Program-made: the position numbers and the translations under genes
In this document: positions 1 through 7,886 of the stretch, piece by piece
Position numbering within the stretch: position 1 is the first letter of the stretch
Layout: every line of letters starts with the position of its first letter
Assembly (NCBI GenBank): GCA_016185505.1
Contig: JACPNL010000019.1
Location: 2,885-66,884, forward strand
DNA length: 64,000 nucleotides
Reading direction: 5' to 3'
Source of the DNA: Candidatus Yanofskybacteria bacterium
Lineage (GTDB): Bacteria; Patescibacteriota; Minisyncoccia; 2-02-FULL-40-12; GWA2-44-9
The notes under the pieces: generated by a model
Databases searched by the model: none
Seen by the model: only the letters and a program-made list of their open reading frames with translations
Told to the model about the DNA's origin: nothing

Positions 1-72
1 TTTGTTGAGATTATTAAACCATATATATTGCCATCAATGAGATACAAGTTGGGAATATTAGGAACACAATTG
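1..72 (+). mobile_element. 3' end of a group I intron in 23S rRNA (~E. coli position 2262)
   Basis: Terminal G at 72 is followed by CCTAAAAAGTAATGGAGG, matching 23S 2263 onward (E. coli CCUAAAGAGUAACGGAGG). Confidence 0.75.
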
Positions 73-84
73 CCTAAAAAGTAA
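1..84 (+). CDS. C-terminal fragment of an intron-encoded LAGLIDADG homing endonuclease
   Basis: Frame 1 reads FVEIIKPYILPSMRYKLGILGTQLPKK*, resembling the C-termini of the ORFs at 518 and 1422 (RPYIVDSLLYK, PYIIPSMIYKL). The stop TAA at 82-84 lies in 23S exon sequence. Confidence 0.8.
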   Translation, partial: FVEIIKPYILPSMRYKLGILGTQLPKK

Positions 85-180
85 TGGAGGCGTTCATCAA
101 GGTCGGCTAGCTTCGGATGGACATCGAAGCGATAGCGTAAAGGCAAAAGCCGGCTTAACTGCAAGGCGGATGTGCCGCGC

Positions 181-270
181 TTCGAAGGGCAACCTTCGAA
201 GATGTGTGGAGAGGGCCTTCTTATGCTGGATTATGAGGTGCTTGCACTTCGTAGCTTTAGCGAAGAAGTG
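181..270 (+). other. 90-nt insertion within 23S exon sequence (~position 2368/2369)
   Basis: Removing 181-270 restores CTGCAAGGCGGATGTGCCGCGC-AGATGCGAAAGCAGG. The insert contains hairpins TTCGAAGGGCAACCTTCGAA and CACTTCGTAGCTTTAGCGAAGAAGTG. Confidence 0.75.
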
Positions 271-413
271 AGATGCGAAAGCAGGACTTAGTGAACCGAC
301 TCTAGCTCGTAGGAGCGGAGAAGATCATCAGATAAAAGCTACCCCGGGGATAACAGGCTGGTACCACCCGAGCGTTCCTAGCGACGGTGGTGTTCGGCAC
401 CTCGATGTCGGCT

Positions 414-1294
414 CAAATTGGGCCGTACTCGAAGTAATTCGAGTTGGTAAGTTGGATTCCAATTTGCAACTTCAGCTAAAAACGGTGAAGTCATAATAAA
501 GTCAACCCAGATGTGTTATGATAATACCGTGGGAAGTAAGAGAAACTTTATACAGTATGCTATTATCACAAAGACAAACAGATATACTCATTGGTACAAT
601 TTTAGGCGACGGCCATTTGGAGAAAAATGGCCACGGTGTTCGCTTAAAAGTGGGTCATGGTAAAAAACAAACAGAATATACTTATTGGAAATATTTTGAA
701 ATGAAAAACTTAACTCCAAGTCCGCCACGATCAGTTAAAGAGTTTCATAAAAGCAGAAAAATGTTTGATGAAAGTGTGCATTTCGCAACTTTTTCTGACC
801 TCGAGCTAGTAAAATGGCGTGATTTATTCTATGAAAGTGGCGTTAAAGCAATACCCAAAAATATAAGCGATATTCTAAGGTCGCCCTTATCGTTAGCAGT
901 TTGGTATATGGACGATGGCTATAAGAGAAATGACTGCAATGCCTTAAGAATAAGTACAGATTCTTTTTCTCTTAATGATCATCACTTATTGGTCAATTGT
1001 TTGGAAAAGAATTTTGAAATTAACGCCCAGATCCATAAAAAAGACAAGACCAATAATATTTATATACCCAATAAATTTACTAAAAAGTTTTGTGATATTG
1101 TTAGACCATATATTGTTGATAGTTTATTGTATAAAGTTTCTCTTGCCCCGTAACGACTTTGTTCTTAATGAACAGGATAATTAACGATGAAGCGAAAGTC
1201 GATGGTTAATTATAAAAGGCTGACACCCCCTAATTAAATTAAACTTAGTGGGTGAATGTATAGTCTACACTTCTAGTGATAGAAGATTATTGTG
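414..1294 (+). mobile_element. Group I intron, 23S ~position 2511
   Basis: P1 CGGCT|C...GGGCCG with a U-G splice pair. Core elements ATACCGTGGGAAG, CCCCGTAACGACT and TATAGTCT. Terminal G1294 precedes exon CGGCTTATCCTGGGG. Confidence 0.9.
518..1153 (+). CDS. LAGLIDADG homing endonuclease (double motif, LAGLIDADG_2-like)
   Basis: Motifs ILIGTILGDGHL and LAVWYMDDG. The stop lies inside the P7 element. The real start may be ATG 557. Confidence 0.92.
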   Translation: MIIPWEVRETLYSMLLSQRQTDILIGTILGDGHLEKNGHGVRLKVGHGKKQTEYTYWKYFEMKNLTPSPPRSVKEFHKSRKMFDESVHFATFSDLELVKWRDLFYESGVKAIPKNISDILRSPLSLAVWYMDDGYKRNDCNALRISTDSFSLNDHHLLVNCLEKNFEINAQIHKKDKTNNIYIPNKFTKKFCDIVRPYIVDSLLYKVSLAP

Positions 1295-1329
1295 CGGCTT
1301 ATCCTGGGGGTGAAGAAGCTCCCAAGGGT

Positions 1330-2188
1330 GAAAGAACAAACTCGCCCATCTAGAAGAGATTCTAGATAAAATAACCGACTAATAACGGTGGAGTCGTAAT
1401 TAAATTTATGTTAAAATTAATATGAATTTAAACGATAATACCGTGGGAAGTTTAAGGCAAAAAATAGATTTAAGCGATAGGGAAATGAGTGTTTTAATCG
1501 GCACCATTCTTGGCGATGCATATATTGAACAGTATCCCAAAGATGCTCGGATTAGTATTATGCATTCACTAAAACAAAAAGAATTTGTCGAATGGAAATA
1601 CAAAGAGTTGGGAAGATTCGTGAAAATGAAACCAATGCAGTCAGAATACTTTGATCCCAGATATGGTAAGAAGTATTTTTGGCGGAGGTTTCAGACTAGA
1701 AGATTTCCGGAATTTAAGGAATTGGCCGATATTTTCTACGTTGGAAAAACAAAAATTATTCCCCGTACTATCAGCCAAATATTAACACATCCATTAGCTC
1801 TCGCGGTTTGGTATATGGATGATGGCGGAAGAAGAAAGGACTGTCACGGAATGTTTTTGAACACATTAAGCTATTCAAAACAAGAACAGATAGTGCTACA
1901 AAAATGTCTCCTAAAAAACTTTGGAATTCACACAAGAATCCATTGGGTTACTGATGGATTCAGATTGTATATCCCAACGGCAGATGCTAAAAAATTCAGC
2001 ACTCTTATCGGTCCATATATTATCCCATCCATGATCTATAAATTACCTTATAACCCCGTAACGACTGAATCCGCCGGAATATGGCGGAGGAGATAGATTG
2101 AAATAATATCTATCAAACGTCGGGCCCGTCTCTCATGGAGAGCGGAGCAAGGTATAGTCTGTGCTCTTAGTAATAAGAGAAACACACG
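1330..2188 (+). mobile_element. Group I intron, 23S ~position 2546
   Basis: P1 GGGT|GA...TCGCCC. Core elements AATACCGTGGGAAG, CCCCGTAACGACT and GGTATAGTCT. Terminal G2188 precedes TTGGCTGTTCGCC. Confidence 0.9.
1422..2096 (+). CDS. LAGLIDADG homing endonuclease (double motif)
   Basis: Motifs VLIGTILGDAYI and LAVWYMDDG. The ORF overlaps ribozyme core elements at both ends. Confidence 0.92.
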   Translation: MNLNDNTVGSLRQKIDLSDREMSVLIGTILGDAYIEQYPKDARISIMHSLKQKEFVEWKYKELGRFVKMKPMQSEYFDPRYGKKYFWRRFQTRRFPEFKELADIFYVGKTKIIPRTISQILTHPLALAVWYMDDGGRRKDCHGMFLNTLSYSKQEQIVLQKCLLKNFGIHTRIHWVTDGFRLYIPTADAKKFSTLIGPYIIPSMIYKLPYNPVTTESAGIWRRR

Positions 2189-2235
2189 TTGGCTGTTCGC
2201 CAATTAAAAAGCTACGCGAGCTGGGTTCAGACCGT

Positions 2236-3018
2236 CCGATTACAAATCATCGGGGCGGCTCTGTCAAGTAATTGACAGATGTTAAATCGACTCATATCGG
2301 AGAAGTCCTATTGCTTCAAAACCAACCGAAGCAAGGGTAATTCCGAGGGAAGTCTTCCGTTCAAATTTTTGGAAAAGAAAAACCGCGATTATTTACTCGC
2401 GGGCGTGGTCGGCGATGGGCACTGTGCAATAGAAAGCATTATGCCACTCATATAAGCACCATTCCACGAAGAAGAAGGCAGTAAAGAAGAAGGCAATGAT
2501 AGATGGAAAAAATCTGCAGCATTCTCTGCGTCTTTATCAGATAAAGAAAAACTAGCCAGCTCTTTTTTGTCGATACTGATAGTAAATTTATAGTTCATCT
2601 TTCGTTGCCTATTGTAAATATTAAGAACTTGAATCAGGGTATTAAATTATTTAAATTTTGTCAATTAAAAATTGACTCCAAAAATTTGAACGGAATGACC
2701 CCGTAGAGACTTGTTGAGTTAAACTCAACGGACGAAATCTATAAATTTCGTAATATGTCGATCAACCATTGTTTTGCATTGGGAAACTCTAAATTCAAAA
2801 CCCTAAACTCTAAACAATATCAAATATCAAAATCTAAAACTCAAAACTTTTAAGATTTTAAATTTGTAATTTGTTTAGAAATTAGAAATTAGGATTTAGA
2901 AATTCCACTGCTTTGCAGTGGCTGGTGGTATAGTCCATACTCTTAGTAATAAGAGATGTTCAGAGTTCAGATTTCAGATATCGGACATCCGATATCTGAT
3001 TTCCGATGTCTGATTATG
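2236..3018 (+). mobile_element. Group I intron, 23S position 2593, without an intact endonuclease ORF
   Basis: Exon ends CAGACCGT and resumes CGTGAGACAG after G3018. Core elements TTCCGAGGGAAG, CCCCGTAGAGACT and GGTATAGTCC. Confidence 0.9.
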
Positions 3019-3080
3019 CGTGAGACAGGTTGGTCCATATCTGGTGCGGGCGTTAATACTTGAGAGGAGTTGTCCCTAGT

Positions 3081-3965
3081 AAAGTATTGCTACTTCACGG
3101 AGTAATCCGTGATGACAACGCGACTAATAACGGTGGAATCTTAATATTTCTGGATCTGTTGATAGCCATAATTTCAATCGGTCCGTAAATTGTGGTACAA
3201 TTTACTTGAGGACCAGAAACTATTAAGACAATACCGTGGGAAGTCGATCTAAAATTGATCTAGCGTATATGGCCGGTTTTCTTGATGGAGACGGAAGCTT
3301 GATGTTCCAACTCAAGAAACGCAAAGACGGCAAAAAGAAATGGCGGTTTATGTGCACTGTCTGTTTTTATCAAGACAGCAGGCACGATAAGACACTTCAT
3401 TGGATAAGAAGCAAGCTAAATATTGGCTATGTGTCTAAACGCAATGATGGAATGTCAGAGTTGAGAGTAAATGGGTTTAAACAAATCCGAGATATTCTCA
3501 ATGACTTATTGCCATTTGTGAAGTTTAAAAGAGTCCAGGCAAATGCTATGCATAAAGCCACGACCCTTTTGAGCAAAAAGCATAGTGGTCAACTTAATAA
3601 AAATGAACTTATTAGATTAGTTGATTATATTCTAGAAATTCAGAAGAAGAACTATGTAACAAAACGCAAGAAAGGCAGAAAAGAGTTATTATCAATTTTG
3701 GGTTTGACCCCGTAACGACTTGTTCTCGCCAACGGCGGGACGGATAGAAGTTTTTTAGCTTCTATAATATGTCGCTGACCAATGGAGGTTGGAGATTAGA
3801 GATTGGATGTTGGATTTATTCTAACTTCTCATTTCTAACCTCTAACTTCCGTTGGTTAAAGATATAGTCTACACCCGTAGTGATACGGGATAATCAATTC
3901 GCAATTCGCGGCATTCGCATATCATTTGTAGATTTGCATTATGTTGCGAGCGGAGAGAGCATGTG
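3081..3965 (+). mobile_element. Group I intron, 23S ~position 2656 (sarcin-ricin loop)
   Basis: Splits CCTAGT|ACGAGAGGACC. P1 TAGT|AA...TTGCTA. Core elements ATACCGTGGGAAG, CCCCGTAACGACT and GATATAGTCT. Terminal G3965. Confidence 0.9.
3236..3715 (+). CDS. LAGLIDADG homing endonuclease (single motif, I-CreI-like)
   Basis: YMAGFLDGDGS and LLPFVKFKRVQA motifs; 159 aa. Confidence 0.93.
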   Translation: MGSRSKIDLAYMAGFLDGDGSLMFQLKKRKDGKKKWRFMCTVCFYQDSRHDKTLHWIRSKLNIGYVSKRNDGMSELRVNGFKQIRDILNDLLPFVKFKRVQANAMHKATTLLSKKHSGQLNKNELIRLVDYILEIQKKNYVTKRKKGRKELLSILGLTP

Positions 3966-4460
3966 ACGAGAGGACCGGGATGAACGAACCTCTGGTCTGC
4001 CAGCTGTTCTGCCAAGAGCAGCGCTGGGTAGCTATGTTTGGTTCTGATAAGCGCTGAAAGCATATAAGCGCGAAGCAGGCCTCAAGATTAGGTATCGGGA
4101 CGCAAGTCCCAAAATTTCCTTGTAGATGACGAGGTTGATAGGGCTTAGGTGTAAGCGCCGTGAGGCGTTGAGCCGAGAGCTACTAATAAATTTACTTTGA
4201 GTAATTTGTCGCTCCTCACTTTTGTTCGGAGCTCTTCCTACAAATTACGAATTTTTACAAATATACGAATGGGTTGAAAAATTTTAATTTAATCCTTCCT
4301 TCAGTATTCGTAAATTCGTACTGATTAGTAATTCGTAGTAAAGGAGCCGCGAGCGGAAGCGAGGGGCGACGGGTGATTTCGGTATAAAATTAAGTTTTTT
4401 CCCCAAGAGTGAAACGAAGAGGGTGCGTTCCACCCCTTTCTGGAAAATAAAAATTATTGG

Positions 4461-4573
4461 CTTGGTGGCAATGCTGACGTTGTACTACCTGATCCCATTC
4501 CGAACTCAGAAGTAAAAGACGTCAAGGCCCATGATAGTCAGCATTAGCTGGCGAAAGTAGGTAGCCGCCAGAC
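4461..4573 (+). rRNA. rrf: 5S rRNA
   Basis: TGGTGGC...CCTGATCCCATTCCGAACTCAGAAGTAAA...GATAGT...GCGAAAGTAGGTAGCCGCCA, flanked by an AT-rich processing stem. Confidence 0.92.
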
Positions 4574-4669
4574 CAATAATTTTTATTTTTATCCAGAAAG
4601 CCCGTGAGTTTTTAACGGCTCCAGAGGACCTCCGCCTAAAACTCCCGCTTGAGTGAAGCAGTTCACTCG

Positions 4670-4900
4670 AGCCCCATTCCGAACCCGGAAGCGAAGTCCC
4701 GCACCAAATCCGCCCCCTTTCTGAATGGCGGTCAGCGGAAAAATTTGGTGCGGGATGAAATTCTCCAAGGCCCATGATAGTCGGCATCAGCCGGCGAAAG
4801 TAGTCCCGATTTTCTTCCTGTCAAAGGCGGATTAGAAAATCGAGGATCCCCGATTTGTCATCTGCGCTTTGCGCAGGACAAATCGGGAGTAGCTGCCCTA
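4670..4900 (+). pseudogene. Second, degenerate 5S rRNA copy interrupted by palindromic insertions
   Basis: 5S blocks CCCATTCCGAACCCGGAAGCGAA, CAAGGCCCATGATAGTCGGCATCAGCCGGCGAAAGTAG and GTAGCTGCC are separated by hairpin inserts. Confidence 0.75.
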
Positions 4901-4936
4901 TACTGACCGCGACTTTTTAGTTGTGTACATTAGTTG

Positions 4937-4984
4937 TTGACAGAAATTGAGTTGTGGATATAATTTGCTAAAGATCCTTGAATT
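4937..4984 (+). promoter_or_regulatory. Sigma70 promoter plus boxA-like leader motif
   Basis: TTGACA-16-TATAAT, then GATCCTTGAATT 8 nt downstream. AAGGAGG SD before ATG 4999. Confidence 0.75.
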
Positions 4985-4998
4985 AACAAGGAGGATTC

Positions 4999-5274
4999 AT
5001 GGAAGAAAGGGCAGATCAGAGAGTTTCGGTAGAATTGCCGAAAGAGGTTGTCTTAAATTTCCGGGACCAATGTCATCGCGGCGCTCATCCCTGGAAGAAG
5101 ATTTTCGGGAGAATCCAGGGTTTCATGATGGCTGAAGTAGAAGTAGTGCGCTGGTGTCCAATTTGTGGCTCAGTTGTGATTGATCTTGAATGCGACGACA
5201 GAATCCAGCCGGGTGCTATCAGAAAGATTGAATCTTCGCAAATTTCCAGTCGAATGTCATACAAGGGCACATAG
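4999..5274 (+). CDS. Small hypothetical protein with CPxCG motif (possible metal binding)
   Basis: Has its own promoter, strong SD and terminator; WCPICG motif. Confidence 0.7.
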   Translation: MEERADQRVSVELPKEVVLNFRDQCHRGAHPWKKIFGRIQGFMMAEVEVVRWCPICGSVVIDLECDDRIQPGAIRKIESSQISSRMSYKGT

Positions 5275-5283
5275 CCCTTTTTT
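5263..5283 (+). terminator. Intrinsic terminator
   Basis: AAGGGC-ACATA-GCCCTT followed by a T run. Confidence 0.6.
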
Positions 5284-5307
5284 GTTTGAGTATGTTAGAA
5301 TAATGCT

Positions 5308-6114
5308 ATGGAACAACGGACTCAAAAGCAGTTAATTATCGGCCTTATTTTTGTTTTGATCATCGGCGTTATCGGCTATGGATTTGTTGACTATTTCTTT
5401 CTTACCGAGCCGACCTGTTTTGATAATGTCCAGAATGGTAAGGAAGATGGAGTTGATTGCGGCCTTTTTGCTTGCGGAGTTACCTGTGAACCAGCGATAG
5501 TACCTCTAAGCATAGTATCCCAGAAACTGATAGAAGTAAGGCCGGGGGATTACGACTTTATCGCCCAGATCCATAATCCTAACTCTTTGTTAGGCGCGTC
5601 AAGGGTCAGATATGAGCTGAATCTTGGCGCGGTTAAGACAACGGGCGCGTTTTTCATCCTTCCTGGACAAACTCGTTTTGTAATAATTCCGGGCATTCAT
5701 GCCGACGGCGGCGTATTAAGTGGTGCTTCTATTGATATCACTGAAGCGGAATGGCAGAAGGTTGAATCGTTTGAAAATATAAATTTTCCTGTCCAGAGAA
5801 AGAACTATACGGTGGTAGATAGGAACGGCGTTTTCAGCGAGCTTGAGGCGGTAATATTGAACAGTTCCGATTTTGATTTTGATAAAGTTGAAGTGGGAGT
5901 TATATTATTCTCGACTGGAGGAGAAATTGTCGCCGTCAATAGAACCGATATACGCACTTTTCTTTCCAGGACCGAAAGATCTTTCAAGGTAAGCTGGCCG
6001 GCAGAACTTCCAGAAAGTGTAAGGCAAGACATTGAGGTCTTAACTAATGTTTTCGAGAATGCTAATTTTATCCGGCGTTATGGGACACAGGAGAGGTTTC
6101 AAAAATACTACTAA
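5308..6114 (+). CDS. Membrane-anchored hypothetical protein with Cys-rich TCFDxxQNGxExGVDCG repeat
   Basis: N-terminal TM helix, Cys motif and Ig-like beta-rich C-terminus. TAGAAT lies 6 nt before the ATG (leaderless). Confidence 0.8.
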   Translation: MEQRTQKQLIIGLIFVLIIGVIGYGFVDYFFLTEPTCFDNVQNGKEDGVDCGLFACGVTCEPAIVPLSIVSQKLIEVRPGDYDFIAQIHNPNSLLGASRVRYELNLGAVKTTGAFFILPGQTRFVIIPGIHADGGVLSGASIDITEAEWQKVESFENINFPVQRKNYTVVDRNGVFSELEAVILNSSDFDFDKVEVGVILFSTGGEIVAVNRTDIRTFLSRTERSFKVSWPAELPESVRQDIEVLTNVFENANFIRRYGTQERFQKYY

Positions 6115-6119
6115 TCCGT

Positions 6120-6265
6120 TATAAATTATTCTAATTGACCTAATTATTCTAATTATTCTAAAGAAATCCCAATATCAAAATGTCCAATGTCTAAAATTAT
6201 TTAGTTATTGGGTCATTAGGATTTATTTAGGTCAATTAGGTTAATTAGTATAATTAGAATAATTT
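6120..6265. repeat. Periodic-repeat hairpin element, family A (9-mer CTAATTATT / AATTAGAAT)
   Basis: Near-identical arms also at 29816-29957 and 46093-46350. Confidence 0.85.
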
Positions 6266-6294
6266 TCAGATGATTACATTCGACTACTGTATTT

Positions 6295-7392
6295 ATGGCA
6301 AACTTTTCAAAAAACATAAGGTCTTATTTCCGCGAAGTAGATACTCCGCTCTTTATCGCAGTGGTAGCAATTTCTTTATTGGGTGCTTTGAATTTGTGGG
6401 GTATTGCCGGCGCCGATAGTTTGCTTTTTAAAAAACAACTCGTTTTTATTGCCATCGGCTTGACTGTAATGTTGGCGCTGTCTTTCTTTAACTACAGGTA
6501 TCTTAAGAATTATTCCTTGCCGGTGCTGGGCTTTTACTTCGTTTCCGTATTCTTATTGCTTTTGACTTTTTATTCCCAGTCGGTACGGGGAGTCAACTCT
6601 TGGATAATTTTGGGCAGTTTGACGTTCGAGCCGGTGGAATTGGCCAAGTTGATGTTGATCGTGTTGATGGCCAAGTACTTTTCCCAGAGACACGTTCATA
6701 TAAATGATTTCCGCCATATAGTCGTGGCCGGAATATATTTCTCTTTGCCTTTTGCTATAATCTTTCTTCAGCCGGATCTTGGTTCTTCCATTATATTCTT
6801 GGCTATCTGGCTGGGAATGCTTATGGCTGCCGGTATAAATAAGCGCCACTTGTTTCTGCTCGTCTCCGTCGGGGTTTTGGTAGGATATACAGCATGGCTG
6901 TTTGCTCTCCAGCCGTATCAGAAGACGAGGATAACGTCATTTCTGGATCCCTATAACGATCCAAAAGGGAGCGGTTATAATATCATTCAGTCAAAAATAG
7001 CGATCGGTTCCGGATATTTTTTCGGTAACGGTTTTGGCCAAGGTTCTCAAAGTAAGCATGGTTTCTTGCCGGAGCCACACAATGATTTCGCCTTTGCCGC
7101 CTTTACGGAGCAATTCGGCCTTATGGGCATAAGCGCGGTTATGGTGATGGTTCTAATCATCATTTCCCGTATTCTTTATATCGGGTCTAGAGTCATTTCT
7201 AATTTCGGTAAGCTTTTTTCCATAGGCCTTGCCGTGTTCATTGGCTCCCACGTATTCATAAGCGCCGGGGTCAACATAGGGTTGCTTCCGGTAACAGGGC
7301 TTTCCTTTTCGTTCTTAAGTTACGGCGGTAGCCACCTTTTGTCACTTATGGTAGGACTGGGAATACTACAGAGCATCAAACGTTATGGGTAA
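6295..7392 (+). CDS. rodA: Rod shape-determining SEDS protein RodA
   Basis: QPDLGS, GYNIIQSKIAIGSG, LPEPHNDF, GLLPVTG and SYGGS motifs; multi-TM. Confidence 0.9.
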   Translation: MANFSKNIRSYFREVDTPLFIAVVAISLLGALNLWGIAGADSLLFKKQLVFIAIGLTVMLALSFFNYRYLKNYSLPVLGFYFVSVFLLLLTFYSQSVRGVNSWIILGSLTFEPVELAKLMLIVLMAKYFSQRHVHINDFRHIVVAGIYFSLPFAIIFLQPDLGSSIIFLAIWLGMLMAAGINKRHLFLLVSVGVLVGYTAWLFALQPYQKTRITSFLDPYNDPKGSGYNIIQSKIAIGSGYFFGNGFGQGSQSKHGFLPEPHNDFAFAAFTEQFGLMGISAVMVMVLIIISRILYIGSRVISNFGKLFSIGLAVFIGSHVFISAGVNIGLLPVTGLSFSFLSYGGSHLLSLMVGLGILQSIKRYG

Positions 7393-7443
7393 TACCGCAT
7401 TTGACAGTGGGTCAAGATTTTGATATTCTGTTGACAGCAGTAC

Positions 7444-7491
7444 TTGACAAGTTTTTACAGAGTAATAAAATAGAAAGATTGTCTTTAAAAA
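7444..7491 (+). promoter_or_regulatory. Putative rpoBC promoter plus boxA-like motif
   Basis: TTGACA-16-TAAAAT, then TGTCTTTAAAAA 8 nt later. A second TTGACA-17-TATTCT sits at 7401-7429. Confidence 0.6.
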
Positions 7492-7886
7492 GCGGCCAAG
7501 TATGCGGGGAAATGGCCTCCGGAGCCATTTTGGGCATGATATTGAAAACCATAGCCGAAGCGCTATAAAAATAAGAAATCGAGAAATGAATCGCAGAAAC
7601 ACAGAAGGAACGGAAGACGCGGAACAGGAAAGAAATTAAGATATTAAGAAATAGAGAAATTAATAAGCAAAATATCGTAAAAAGATATCTTAATTTCTAA
7701 ATTTCTTAGTTTCTAAGTTTCTGATTTTCTTGTCTCCCCATTTTAATTAAAATTTAATAAAAATATTAGTAACGCTGTAAAGTAGCGGATTTGTTTTGTT
7801 GCCACAAATTTTCACACTGACAGATACGGACAGGAAACGGACAATAACTGACAACTAAAATGTCCGCAACTGTCCGCGTATTTATA

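Larger units (their letters stand above)
73..4200 (+). rRNA. rrl: 23S rRNA, 3' portion (domains V-VI). Exons about 73-413, 1295-1329, 2189-2235, 3019-3080 and 3966-4200
   Basis: Conserved motifs GGGGATAACAGGCTG, GGCACCTCGATGTCGGCT, GGCTGTTCGCC, GCGAGCTGGGTTCAGACCGT, CGTGAGACAG, CCTAGT/ACGAGAGGACCGG and GCTGAAAGCAT. The 3' end is approximate. Confidence 0.97.

Noticed and set aside
4506..4787. 93-aa minus-strand ORF
   Set aside because: It lies antisense to the 5S rRNA and the degenerate 5S copy.
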